Shown piece after piece: positions 33,463-46,126 of a stretch of DNA of 64,000 nt; the stretch's first letter is position 1; each line of letters starts with the position of its first letter. Made by a program: the position numbers and the translations under genes. Source of the stretch: the human T2T-CHM13v2.0 reference genome, Homo sapiens; NCBI RefSeq assembly GCF_009914755.1, contig NC_060935.1. One strand, 5' to 3'. The notes beneath the pieces were generated by a model. The model saw only the letters and a program-made list of their open reading frames with translations, searched no databases and was not told the DNA's origin.

Positions 33463-34753
33463 CTCTTTCAAAGATGAAAAGGTTTTCTTGTGGCTTCTCC
33501 ACACTGAGCAGACTCGGGACTGTTAAGCTGTTAGGGTCCTCTCATTCAGGCTCCGAGGGCCAGAGTGATCAGTGCCTTTTCTGAGGTCGCACAGCCAGAT
33601 GGCAGGTGAGCCCACATCCTTCTTCAGATTTCAGACATGTTTCCCATGTGAGAAGGTCCAGTTCTAACTTCTGTGGCTTGAGAATTCTGGACTGTAGCCT
33701 GTAGGTGATGGTCACCTGCTGATGAGCTGCAGTTCAACACAAGGAGAGTCTTTCTGGCACAATTGCTGTCCAGCAGGGGAGCCCACTGTTGACCCAGGAG
33801 TTCCTTAGTTCAGCGTGCTCATGGACTTGCGTAATTTCTTCCCATGCCTGTATTTCTTACCTTGCTACTGTTTCTTCATAGAAAACTCAGTTCCTTAGCT
33901 GTTCTGGATACTGGCTATGCCTTCCCCATGCCCTCCTCATTGCTGTCATTCTCCCAGTCACCCCTCATTCATTCAGGACTCAGTCATGCTCATCCTCCTT
34001 CACCACCCCAAGGTGACTTCTGTGTCCTCCTGGATGGCACATCTAGCCTCAGTCTCTGTCTCATCTGCAAGAACTTTTACCTCCTTTCCATTTCCATCTC
34101 CATCATGAGTTCCTGTGGCCACCTCATTCTGAACTTGCTGTCACTTGAAACTAACTTCAGGCATCCCACTCCCTGTCTCTGCCTCCTGCCCTCCAAGGCC
34201 TTCCCCAAGCACTTTCAAATAAAATGGAAGCTTGACATGAAAATATCTTGCCATAATTCTGCTTTATTAATTCTTTATCTCTTAAGACTGTAAGCTTTAT
34301 GCAGGCAGAGACCATGACCATGTCTTGTTTATCCATGTACCCCTGAGACAATGCGTAGTCCATAGTGGGTGCTTGAAGACTATATGCGGAAGGGAAGAGG
34401 GCAGTGAGGTAGTTGTGTGTCCTGTTCAGAACCAGACTTGGTTCTCCAGGAGCATCCTGACAAAGGATGGGGGATTAGAGGCACAGGGTTTATTCAGCAC
34501 TTCTCAATTTAATTCTGATGCTGAAGTTAGGAGAGCTCAGTTACCCCAAAGAAGTTATTCAGTGTAATATTTAAGTCAGCACTGGTATGACACTGGTATG
34601 ATCAATGGTGTCATTTTTCTCCAACCGACTTTGATTTCTCCCTGTCTTCCTCCTCCCTTTCTCTCCCACTCCATGCACTACTGATGACCTCTAAGGACAC
34701 ACTGTGAGGCCTTTGCTGGAGATGTGGGTACAGTCTCGGGGGGTGGGGGGCAC

Positions 34754-34767
34754 CCAGTAGGTGGCGC
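34754..34767 (+). promoter_or_regulatory. CTCF core motif
   Basis: CCAGTAGGTGGCGC matches the consensus CCASYAGRKGGCRS exactly and lies in apparently unique sequence. Confidence 0.65.
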
Positions 34768-35004
34768 TCTAACACTGCTTGAGAACTGGCTTTTTTTTTT
34801 CCTTTGAGTGTTCTGTTCCCTTTGTTCAAGTTTAGAATGCGGGAGGCAACTATTAGTAAGATTTCTCTCTGAAACAGGAAAGTCCGTTTTTGACTGAAAA
34901 AAACAATAAGAAAAACAAGAACAAAATTAGGAGAGTGGGCAAATCTTTATTTCTCTTAAGTAGACTCATAGAAACTTGGTTGGAGGAATCCTCTGAGGCT
35001 TTCA

Positions 35005-35592
35005 GACCAGAGGCTTCCAAACCTTAGCATTGCCAGAGTGGCCTTGTGAAAATTCAGGCTCCCGAGGCCATCTAGGCCATTAGGTTGGAGCTTCTGTGGT
35101 TAAGGTCAGGAATGTGGTTTTTATCGGCTTCCCAGGAGATTCTGATGTGAGCCCATCTTGCCGTACAATGTGGGCACCACCCATCTACACCATTTCTCAA
35201 ATTCTCTGTGCATGCAGATCACCTGGGGATTTTGTTGAACTTTAGGCTCTGATTCAGCAGGTCTGATAGGGACCTGCAATTCTGCATTTATAACAGACTG
35301 CCAGGTGATAACTGAGGTTTGTGGTCTATGGACCACACCACTCTTTGAGAAGCAAGAATCCAGAGCCAGGGTTGGCAGACTAGGACACACATGCTTGAGC
35401 CAAATCAGTCCATACCTGTTTTTGTAAATAAAATTTTATTGGAACACAACTGTGCCCCATTTGTTCACACATTATCTGTGGCTGCTTTTGCACTATAATG
35501 GCAGAGTTGAGCAGCTGCAACAGAGACCATGTAGCTCTCAAACCTGTAATATTTACTCTCTGGCCCTTTACAAGAAAACCCTATGGACCCTT
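35005..35592. mobile_element. Cluster of MER5A-like and MER58-like hAT MITEs
   Basis: gatcacctgggga...ctgcatttataacagactgccaggtgat; cagggttggcagact...aaaattttattggaacaca. Confidence 0.6.
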
Positions 35593-36729
35593 AATCTGGA
35601 ATACTCAAGCTCTCCCAGATGATCACAAACTGTATTGAAAGGGAGCTCCTTGCCTCATAGGACAATTCATTGCATTTCATAGATCCGTGGGAAGGCTGCT
35701 CCTTGTCACTTGGTTCTACTTATCTTGGTAGGCATCTTTTCCTCCTTCTGTGAACAGATACTTTGCTCGCTGTCTTCTCCAGGGCTCTCCCCATGATGGG
35801 TTCCCTCCAGCTGCACTCCAGAATGTCACCCAGTGCAAACCACAGCACCTTTGGTGCTGAATAGAAGCCATGCCATCTGTATTTTCTGCCTTCTGTAAGC
35901 TTCTCAGGGAGTGCACATTAGCTTTCTGGGGTAGCTGTTCACTCTTGACTCCCGCTGTCTAGGATTGTCTGTAAGTGCGGTATTACCTGAACAGCATATA
36001 GCCAGAACAGACATCCTTCATGCATCTTTTTACTCCACTTCCCCAGTGCAGGATGTTCTTGGTTTACCTACTTCCTACTTTCTGACTGCTTTTCTCCATT
36101 TCTTCCAAGATTCTCTTTTTGCCTGACCCTTAAATGTTATAGGGTCTCAGGCCTGTTCGTGGTCTTCTGGTCTTCTCCTTCTGCCCATTCTCCTTGGATG
36201 ATCTTAACCATACAGTTGGCTTTGACCACATATGTGCTGCCAAATCCTGAATTGTACAGCTAGATTCTTTTCCTTTATTTTCAGTTATCTACTACAGACC
36301 AGGGCGTTTTGACTGCAGGTATCTCATGTTCAAAATTTCTCATCTTCTCAGGTCTGCCTCCCACCTCACTCCCGTCTGCTCTGAATCTGGGACTCTTCAT
36401 TTATTTCACCTGAAGGTTCCACCCCGTCATGCCCTTGCATGAGCTACACACCCGGCGTGATCCTCAGTTCTTCTCCTTTTCCGTCCCCCTCTTCTGTGTG
36501 GACACTGAAGTGTATGTCTCCCCCATCTGTTGCTCTCAGATCTGTCTTCTCTTCCTGCCTCTCTGCCACAGTGACCTCCTGCCTGGTCTCTCTCCTTCCC
36601 ATGTGTTTCTTCTTTGCCTCTGTAGTGGTTTTCTGGAATATATTTGATTTTGCCCTCTACCAGTGGTACCCCATTGTGTATGGTGTGGGAATTTGTGGCC
36701 CTCTTAATTCAGTCTCTGCTTACACTTTT

Positions 36730-37158
36730 TGTGAGTTTCCTAGATCTGCTATAACAAATTACAACAGAAATGTATTTCCTCCTAGTTTTGGAGGCCAGAA
36801 GTCCACAATCAAGGTGTTGCCAGAATTGGCTCCTTTTGGTGCTTTCAGGGAGAGTCTGTGATGTGCTTTCTTCTAGTTCCTGGTGGCTGCTGGCAGTCCT
36901 CTGTGTTCCTAGGGTGGTAGATGCATCACTCCAGTCTCTACCTCTGTCATCACAGGCTTCTTCCTGTGTGTCTCTGTGTCTTCATTTGGCCTTCTGATAA
37001 GGACACAAGTCATTGGATTAGGACCCACCCTAATTTATCATGACCTTATCTTAATTTAACTAATTATATTTGCAAAGACCTATTTCCAAACAGTATCACA
37101 CTCTGAGGTTCCAGGTGGTCATTAGTTAGGGTTGGGGGGCAGTATTCAAGCCAGCACA
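36730..37158 (-). mobile_element. MLT1-family MaLR LTR
   Basis: gagtttcctag..ctgctataacaaattac...ggaggccagaagtcc...taaggacacaagtcattggattagg. Confidence 0.7.
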
Positions 37159-39989
37159 CCCTTCCAGCCTCTGCTCTGTCTACTTCCTCACTCACAGGCT
37201 TGTTCATTTACCTTGGTGCTCTGGATGAGTGAGAATTCAACAGACAAACACGGAGGAAAGGATTCCAAGCAGAGGAAAGAGGATTCCAAAGGGCCACAGA
37301 GGTGACATTTGTGCTGAGTCTTAACATAAGGCTTTGTTTTATTTTATTGCCGCACTGTACTTTAAGACATAGTTCAGGTGTTACCTCTTTTATGAAGCTT
37401 CCCTGACCACCTCCCCAGGGACTTTTCTGTTCCCTCAGTGCTTAGTACCTACATGTTTTGATGATTTAATTATCAGCTTGTGTTCCCATCTGTCCTGTGT
37501 AATCTTGGGGCAGACTCTGTGCCTAGTCTGTGGGGGCCGTGCATCCAGCCCACTGCCTAGCACATAGCAGGTCCCCAGGAGATGTTTTTGAGTGAATTTA
37601 CCCATCTGCACTTAATCCCCTAAGATGAGGTCACATGCATTTTAGGGGAGGAGTTGTTCAGTCCGAATTGGATGGTTCTTTGCCTTCGATGAGGTAGAGA
37701 GGATTTGAATATGGAGGGAAGTTGTACTGCTCACCCTCTAGGTTCCTTCCATCTGGAGGTTTCTGTTGTTTTAACTATAACCCATTCCAGAAACAGCACA
37801 CATTTTTAAGGCAGATAGACTGAAAATTGTAGTTGGACAGCTGCTTGGTCCCACAATGATTTGAGAAGTTTCCCTATTCTTGGAAGAGCTCAATACTCAC
37901 TCGAACATCATGCAGAATAGTGCCATCATGGCTTCAAGAGATGCTGAGCATCCCAGGCCTAATGTGGAGTTGACACAGCTTATGAACAAAGCTGTTTCCA
38001 TCTGCAGATGCACCCTCAAAGCCCTGCAGCTTTTCCATATTTCTTATTTGAAATTAAAGACTGTAATTTTGTGTTATTTTGGATTCTTATTTCCTGTTTT
38101 ACTACATTTTTATAGAATCACTGAAAGTTGCCTTTTTATTTTGGTGGGAAAAAAATAAAAAGAGGTTTTAGTGTGGAGAAAACCAAGAGATGTGGCATTA
38201 AATGATGTTATTATAGTGGTGATCAAGGTACAAGGCTATTTTAGGGAAATTTACACCCTATATGTAATTTGTTTTTCTAATTACAATGAGCTGTGCTGAA
38301 CTATTCATTGTACCACTTATTGTACCAAATTATTGTACCACTTGGGCATGTTTAAAAATACCACAGACTGTAAATAGTCACTTTTTAATTCAAGGGAACA
38401 GTTCGAAGTGAAATGCCATTATTCAAATAGCTTTGAAACAAAAGTGACTTATACAGATGTTTCACAAGCCCATGTTAGAAAAAGTTTTCTCCCTGTGGTT
38501 CCCAGATAGAATGCCTGGCTTTCGTGGTTATGGAAGCAGCAGAAACTCTGTGTCATGCACTTATGTTTTTAAACTAATGGGCACCCTTCCGATTGGGCAA
38601 GAATTAAATGAACATTCCTTCTCCCCACAGCCAGCTATGAATTATGCAGCCAAAATTCAGCTAATCACAGCCTGCTTTGTGTGTCATTGTGTAGCAGCCC
38701 TTTGCAAATTGGGTTAATACTTTTGAAACACCTCATCCCGTGCCAGAATGCCAAAGTAAAGCAGCTGTCTTGGTAAGAGGGCTTTGCAAAGTTTTGGGGT
38801 CATTTGTGCTTATTTCTGTCTTGCGTCTGGGGCAGAGATTCCTTATGTGGGTCTGTGATAGTGACAGGAGGCCTGCAAACTAGGATAGGAAAATATATGA
38901 CAGCTTTATTTTTTATTCACTTCCAAATAAAATTTAGCATTAAGAAAGTTTTTATGTAGGCAACAATCCATAGTGATATTAGCAGTACCTGTGAGTTTGT
39001 CACCCACAGAAAATCACAGATATCCTGGAATATCGTTTACTCTTCACTACTTCAAAGTTTCAATAGCTGTTAGATCATCTGCTAGATCCTAATTTAAGTA
39101 TGAATAAAGAATTGGATGCAAAATATTAATATTTTGGTAACTGTATATCAGTGCTCTATTTCCTTTGTGAACCTATATATATATTATTTTATGCATTTAA
39201 AAACAAGGAAAGATTGAAGAACTGTCACAAAACCAAGGAGTCTAGGGAGACATGGCAGCTAAATGCAGTGAGTACCCTGGATTGGATCTTGGAACAGGAA
39301 GAGGACAGTAGGGGAAAAACTACTACTGTACTTTACAAATAAAAGTCTGAAGTTTAGTTTCTGATAATGTGCCGATGTTGGCTTCTTAGTCTTAACAAAT
39401 ATATCACAGAAATATGAGTCATTAGCAATGGGGGAAACTGAGTGAGGGGCTTATGGGAATGCTCTGTACATCTGAAATTACAGTGAGGGCCATGTTGTGG
39501 GGGCTGCCGTCCACTCCCAGAAATGTTTTGAGGGGAGGGTTTCATGTCAACTTACGGCCATCATGGCCTCGTCCATTACAACTCTGAGAAATGGTGGAGA
39601 TAGACCCATCCAAAAGTAAGGAGAAGTTTTCCAGAGGAGTAAAGTAATTGAGAGTGTGTTAGATTGGAAAAAGATGTCTCTGGGGTCAGAGAGGTTGGCA
39701 ACATAGTCTGACTCTCACTTACCAGCTTTGTGATCTGGGGCCAGAAACTGCTCCCGGCTTTCTCTTCCCATTTGCAGAATGGAGCCATCTATAGAGTCCC
39801 TGCCAGGGTTGCTGTGAGGACTGAACATAACGTGTCCACCTAGCTAATCTTTTTGTGGTTACCTGGAGTGTTTGAGTGCCTGTTCTATGCCAGGCCCTTT
39901 GCTAAGCATTTTCCATCAATTATCTCCTTTAATCTTCATGACACCTCTATTCCATGACCATTTCATACATAAGGAAACTGAGGGTCAGA

Positions 39990-40404
39990 GACTTTGAAAA
40001 CTAACCAGATGGATGGGCTAAATGCTGGGGACAGCGGGAGCCATTGCAGGTACCTGAGCAGGGTGAACTTGGCGGTTCCAAGAGTTAAGCCTCAGTAATG
40101 GTGTACAGGAGAGAATAGAGGCAGGGAGAGCCACTTGGTAAGCACAGAGTGAGGGTTCTAATTAGGGAACAGAAAGGAAAAGAAGCAGTTTTGTCCAAGA
40201 AGGCAAAGAGCAAACAAAAAGCAATACTCTTATGTCTTATTGCTGATTAGAAGATCACGCAAAAGGATAGTCGAAAGTGACATCAAGGGCCTAGACCAGG
40301 GTCAGCAAACTTCTGCAGAGGGCCAGATCATAAAGTTTTTTTGTCATTGCAGATCACATGGTCACTGTCGCAGCTACTTAGTTCTGCAGAGTAGACATGA
40401 TTGC
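39990..40404 (+). repeat. Inserted copy of the 415-bp duplication, inside a MIR
   Basis: Single mismatch (31257 A vs 40050 G); the flanks rejoin as the MIR core aaggaaactgagggtcagaga / ttgcccaagg. Confidence 0.95.
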
Positions 40405-41252
40405 CCAAGGCCGCAATGCTGAGCTTCAATTCAGATCTGCACTGACTGCAATTTACAGTCTTCCTAAGTCTTCTGCTGAGGCTAAGCCACCTCTGACCAA
40501 CTGGTGGTCCTGGTTACTGGGGTGCTCCTCACCCTCTCTGACGTGTGAATCCCCTCTTGTTTGGTGTGTGTCTGCACCCTGATGTGGATGCTCTCCTCTT
40601 GATTCCCTTGCCCGTTGTGGATGGCCTCTCTGAGCCCAAGTTTATCCAACTATACGATGAGGGTGTTGGACTGCCTTCAAAGTCTGTTCCACATTCATTC
40701 TGCATTCTGTGAATTCAACTGCTTATTTCAGCTGTCTTATTGGGATGATTACTGAATCACTGAAGTCGAAGCTTTTCTAATTTGTTTTGGGGGAAGTTAC
40801 ATGTTTCTTTGGCATTTTCCCAGATTCCAGAGTAGGGCAAAAATGGAGCCGTATGCCTTAGTTGCTTCTTAAAACCATAAAAGTTAACAAAAACCCAGCA
40901 GAAGCCTTCGTGATAGCTGCAGGTTTCTTAACTGGGATTTTGTTCAGGGAACGGGAGTAATTTTATTTTTTTATTTTCCTTCTGTGATTAGAACGTACAC
41001 ACCATGTGTCACCATGCAGTTGCTGATTACTTCAAATTAATACCTATGGAAGAAAAAAAAATAGGTAGTTACCTGTGACAGGTATTACCTGGACAGGGGA
41101 ATTTAGCCATAAGAAGTAGTTATTAGGTAATGAGCCCAATTTCCACAATACACATTTGTCTCAAGATGTGAGAAAATGAGAGCATCACTTGGCGCCATAG
41201 GTTACTGCATGGGGGGTTTGTTAAGCCCATGATTTGTTCTCTTGTTTTTCAG

Positions 41253-41476
41253 TTTTTCCCCTACATCCTGCTGCTCTTTGCGATCCTCCTGTACCTGCCC
41301 CCGCTGTTCTGGCGTTTCGCAGCTGCTCCTCATATTTGCTCAGACTTGAAGTTTATCATGGAAGAACTTGACAAAGTTTACAACCGTGCAATTAAGGCTG
41401 CAAAGAGTGCGCGTGACCTTGACATGAGAGATGGAGCCTGCTCAGTTCCAGGTGTTACCGAGAACTTAGGGCAAAG
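41253..41476 (+). CDS. PANX1: Pannexin-1 exon 3 (F108-S182; TM2 and intracellular loop)
   Basis: Polypyrimidine tract with cag| acceptor and AAG|gtaact donor, 224 nt. [22 protein letters not shown]...ENLGQ; caspase-type DMRD motif at 41421-41432. Confidence 0.98.
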
Positions 41477-42485
41477 GTAACTTAGCCCCAGCAGGCAGCT
41501 CATCGGGTTTTGTAGGACAAATTCTCTGCCCTTCTACTGCCAGTCTGGGCCCAGAGTTCTCATTGCTAGGAGGCGGGGCAGGAGTGGAAGCAGGGGGACG
41601 TCATGCACCTAGTGACAGCCTGTAGTATCCCGGGATGTCCACTCTCCCCAAATCTCACCGCGACCCATCCTACCCATTTGTTTATCCTTCTGTCAAGACT
41701 CATTCCCTTGATGAGTGAAACATTACATCTCATTTTAAAAATGCAGTTCTTGTAGGGGTAACAGATTGAGGTGCTATATGAAGCTTGCTTGCTTTGATCT
41801 ATTTAACTCCTTAATGGAGACGCACAGAGGATTTCAAGGCAGCTGAGCAAGGGATGAGAGAGAAATGGGGAATGAGTAGGTCGTGGCTTGCCTTTTCACA
41901 ACCTTCTTTTGGTTCTTGTTATTGAATAATTGGAATAATAATAAGAGCCATCATTTTTTGAATATTTAATATATCTCACACACCGTATTGAGTTATTTAA
42001 GTACATTATCTCCTTTAACCCTCAGAGCAACATTACTAGTGCATTTGTTAACCTCCTCCTCCACTTTTATTCTGGATAAAAATACTCTTCTGTAGCTGTA
42101 AGTGAGAGTCTGGGAACTGAACCATGCCCTTTAGACCCCATAGTTTTTGCCCATACCCCCTGAGTTGTCCCACCCCTTGCCTGTAAGAGGCGTATGCTTA
42201 CACATATTTAGGATTTACCAGATGCCAGGCATCACTCTAAAAATTTCCAAATATTAACTCATTTAATTAACTAGGCCTTCTGTTAAATATTAAGGGGAAA
42301 AGCATTTTATTATTCCTTTTCTTCCTCCTCTTTTAAACGGATTTTATTTTTGACTACTGACGTTGTAGGTAAAGAAGTATGGGTGTTTGAAATTTTTAGT
42401 GTGACATTGTTGAATGTGTATCTGCCTTTAATATTTGATGGTCTTGATGAGTGCCTAAGTTATTTTTGTTTCCTTTATTTTTTAG

Positions 42486-43141
42486 TTTGTGGGAGGTATC
42501 TGAAAGCCACTTCAAGTACCCAATTGTGGAGCAGTACTTGAAGACAAAGAAAAATTCTAATAATTTAATCATCAAGTACATTAGCTGCCGCCTGCTGACA
42601 CTCATCATTATACTGTTAGCGTGTATCTACCTGGGCTATTACTTCAGCCTCTCCTCACTCTCAGACGAGTTTGTGTGCAGCATCAAATCAGGGATCCTGA
42701 GAAACGACAGCACCGTGCCCGATCAGTTTCAGTGCAAACTCATTGCCGTGGGCATCTTCCAGTTGCTCAGTGTCATTAACCTTGTGGTTTATGTCCTGCT
42801 GGCTCCCGTGGTTGTCTACACGCTGTTTGTTCCATTCCGACAGAAGACAGATGTTCTCAAAGTGTACGAAATCCTCCCCACTTTTGATGTTCTGCATTTC
42901 AAATCTGAAGGGTACAACGATTTGAGCCTCTACAATCTCTTCTTGGAGGAAAATATAAGTGAGGTCAAGTCATACAAGTGTCTTAAGGTACTGGAGAATA
43001 TTAAGAGCAGTGGTCAGGGGATCGACCCAATGCTACTCCTGACAAACCTTGGCATGATCAAGATGGATGTTGTTGATGGCAAAACTCCCATGTCTGCAGA
43101 GATGAGAGAGGAGCAGGGGAACCAGACGGCAGAGCTCCAAG
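42486..43141 (+). CDS. PANX1: Pannexin-1 exon 4 (TM3, EL2, TM4, C-tail)
   Basis: tttag| acceptor and AAG|gtaggg donor, 656 nt. [18 protein letters not shown]...TAELQ; N255 sequon NDS at 42703; caspase-3/7 site DVVD at 43066-43077. Confidence 0.98.
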
Positions 43142-43673
43142 GTAGGGTTTGCTTTTGGCAGAGGCTACGGGAGTCCACCGAGAGCCTTTGCAGCAGCCTT
43201 GTGGGAATATTGACAGTCTTTACCCTGCCCATCATTTAAACCATTTCCAAGCATTAAAAACCTTAATACCAAGGTGCGGGGTAGGGGGAGTGGGAACCCC
43301 TCAGTATAAGGAGAGAGAGGAAAAGAATTGGTGCTGCTCTACATTTCCAAAGAAGAATAACTTCTGTGCTTTTTCTGGTTTTTCCCTCTTCTCTGTCTGT
43401 CTCACACTCTCTCTTGCTCAGCAATCTTCCTTGTCTTTCTTGCTTATTTTTGTCTTATCTTACTGGCTTTCCTTTCTACCTCTGATCTCCTTCTCTGTTA
43501 CTCTCTGACTTTCTCTTTCAAAGGGGACTAAAAGTTTATTGATTCTTTTAGTTAGGCCAAGAAGCAAAACATGGTATAGACTGTGAGAGGAATTTTTGGC
43601 AGAAGAAAAATTGATTAGTATTGGTAATTCCTGCTATGTTTCTGTCATAAATATTTGTTTTCAATTTTGACAG

Positions 43674-43753
43674 GTATGAACATAGACAGTGAAACTAAAG
43701 CAAATAATGGAGAGAAGAATGCCCGACAGAGACTTCTGGATTCTTCTTGCTGA
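43674..43753 (+). CDS. PANX1: Pannexin-1 exon 5 coding part ([26 protein letters not shown])
   Basis: gacag| acceptor; TGA at 43751-43753; exon phases add up to a 426-aa protein ending in C426. Confidence 0.97.
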
Positions 43754-44855
43754 TGATTTTTTTCCTTGAGCTGTAAATCTGTGACTTCTGCGACATGGGA
43801 TTTAATTTGGCTAAAGCACCCCTGTTGGTTTCACAGCTGGTTTGCAATAAATGGTTCTTGGTGGAGATACTGAGCATGTCTTATTGAGTCCCTAATGGAA
43901 ATGGTGATCAACAAAAGGTTATGGAAGAATGGTTTATGAACTTCCCATAGGAAGCACCTGAGAGATAGTAAACTGCAGCAAGTAACTATGTGTAAGTCCT
44001 CATCAAATGAAAAGCAGAAAGACAAGAACAATTAGTCAAGAGCAGTAGCCCTGTCAGAGCCTCGGAGCAATACCTTTCTGTACCCGTGGTGAGACAAGAC
44101 CCAGAGCTACTGGAAAACAAGCACTTTGGAAGATTTGTTTTGTTTTCATGGAATAATAATATGTCAGGATATAATTTAACGTGAGTTTCTTATGTGCCCT
44201 TAAAGACTGTTAGACAAGAAAAGCATTCACTGGCTAATAATCCATAGGTCGACCTATGTCCTAAGTTAGGTGTAAGGTCCGATGCCTTGGCCCACACTCG
44301 AGCTCTCTTTACATTGTTAGTTGTCAACCTTGGCTGATGGAAATCCCGTAACCACTATTTGTTGCACTGTGCCTTGAAGGGCAGCAGGCCCAAGTGCTGC
44401 TCTGACTGAAAACTGAGTTAACAAGACGAAATCTAAAGGATATTCACAGTGACTTCAATTCAGGAAGAATGCTTCCAAAAGAGCCCAGTGGGGAAATCTG
44501 ACATCACAGAAGACATTAATTCAGTCACTTTCAAAGAGTTTGTCTACAGGCGGTTTCTCTGTTATCAAAGGCATTTGAAATAGGATTTTACTTAAACAAT
44601 AATGGAACACAGGAGTATTTAAAGTGAAGAACACTTTGCCTGAATGTGATCAGGGCACATAAGTGACATTGGCGTGCTTCATATGGCGTGCTTGGAGCCA
44701 GAAAAACTTAGCGGTTTATTTTGTTTATATTTAAGCACAGCTTTAAAAAATTCATTATCGTTTATTCAGTGTCCGAATTGAGGCCATTTGGGAAGAAAAT
44801 TCTAGCACTGGTGGAGAATTATAGAATAAAGATTATAAATGGTTGGATAAGACAA
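43754..44855 (+). other. PANX1: PANX1 3' UTR (proximal form; end approximate)
   Basis: Non-repetitive sequence after the stop codon with several ATTTA motifs, ending just after AATAAA at 44825-44830. Confidence 0.75.
44825..44830 (+). terminator. Proximal polyadenylation signal AATAAA
   Basis: Canonical hexamer about 1.07 kb after the stop; U-rich element upstream (ggtttattttgtttatattt) and A/T-rich sequence downstream. Confidence 0.7.
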
Positions 44856-46036
44856 ATGTAAGCTTATTTCATAAACATTTAAAGCTGATTCAGAACATGT
44901 TAAAAACTGTTCCCAATTCCAACTATGTAAATAGATCCTATGTTCACATTTTACACACACACACACAAATCTTTAACATCTGTGGAACTTCCCAGTTTTA
45001 GTCTTAGAAAGTTAGCATGTTGCATAAGTTCAGTAATCCTCAGGAACCTCCAAGTTTACTTTTAGCTCTTACGGACAGTTGTTTACATAATCTAATTACT
45101 GTTTTCTGAAGAACGGAAATTATATAAGCTGCTGTCTGCCTTTTGGAATATTCAGAAAAGCAGATTTTATTTGTACTTCTGTGATGTTTTCTGAAATGGA
45201 AAGCTGATGATAAATATCAAAGTAGCAATCAGTGCGTTAAATTATTCTGTTACATGATATTTATTACTGTTGAATTATTCTGTGACTTAGAAATGGCAGT
45301 AACCTAAATAATGGAATTTGCAAAATTATTATATTGCCGTATCTGAGATGTTCCATCACAAGTTTCTACACTGGTTTCTTTTGAAAATTTAAAAAGATTT
45401 ACGAGATACATTTTCTAGGATATGATTTTTTTTTTACAAAAAGCTTCATCTTCTGTAGACTATCCTTAATTTCTATTTTGAAACGGTAAAAATTGATATT
45501 TTAGGACACCAGGAAGTCTCCAAGCCATTCCCACTCTCTGAACTCCAGTAGGGTCTGTGATGTCCCAGGCACCAGTACCAAGTTGGATGTGCAGATATGC
45601 ATAGGCAGGTCCCATCCTTGAGGACTTCAGAGTCCAGTAAAAGGCAGCAGAAACATGGGCTGGTGCCTAAGAGGAGAAAGCGTAGCCACAGTAAAGGCTA
45701 TGCCAGAAAACTCCTAGCAAATGCTCTGTGTTCTTGGGAGAGGGCACATTGTTTTTGTTTTCTCTCCTATAGTTCCTGTAACTGCTGGTTTTGAGAATAT
45801 AGTAATCATTTTTCCCAGAGGCAGATGACCACCTTAAGGTTCTTTAGCTGCAAATCCTCTAGGTTGAAGTTTGTGTGAAATAGTCACAGTGATTTTGAAT
45901 AGTAAGGAATCCAGTTGCCTTTTGAACCTTCCCTCACAGGGATGAGAGAACAAGCCTGTGGAGGTTGTGGAGCTACTGGTAAACAACTGTCAGGGCCCCA
46001 GAAGGCTGATGTGGAGGCCTGGGGATACATTTCATC

Positions 46037-46126
46037 TAATAAAAGTATTACTAGGTATCAGTATCAGTAATAAAAGTATTATAATAAAGTATCAGTAATA
46101 AAAGTATTATAATAAAAAGTATTATT
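46037..46126 (+). repeat. Imperfect ~14-bp tandem repeat (TAATAAAAGTATTA / TAATAAAGTATCAG)
   Basis: Five units, each containing AATAAA. Confidence 0.9.

Noticed and set aside
38160-38780. Possible conserved non-coding element with homeobox/POU-like motifs
   Set aside because: Cannot be supported without a multi-species alignment.
46037-46126. CRISPR-like array
   Set aside because: Eukaryotic DNA; units of ~14 bp with no unique spacers.
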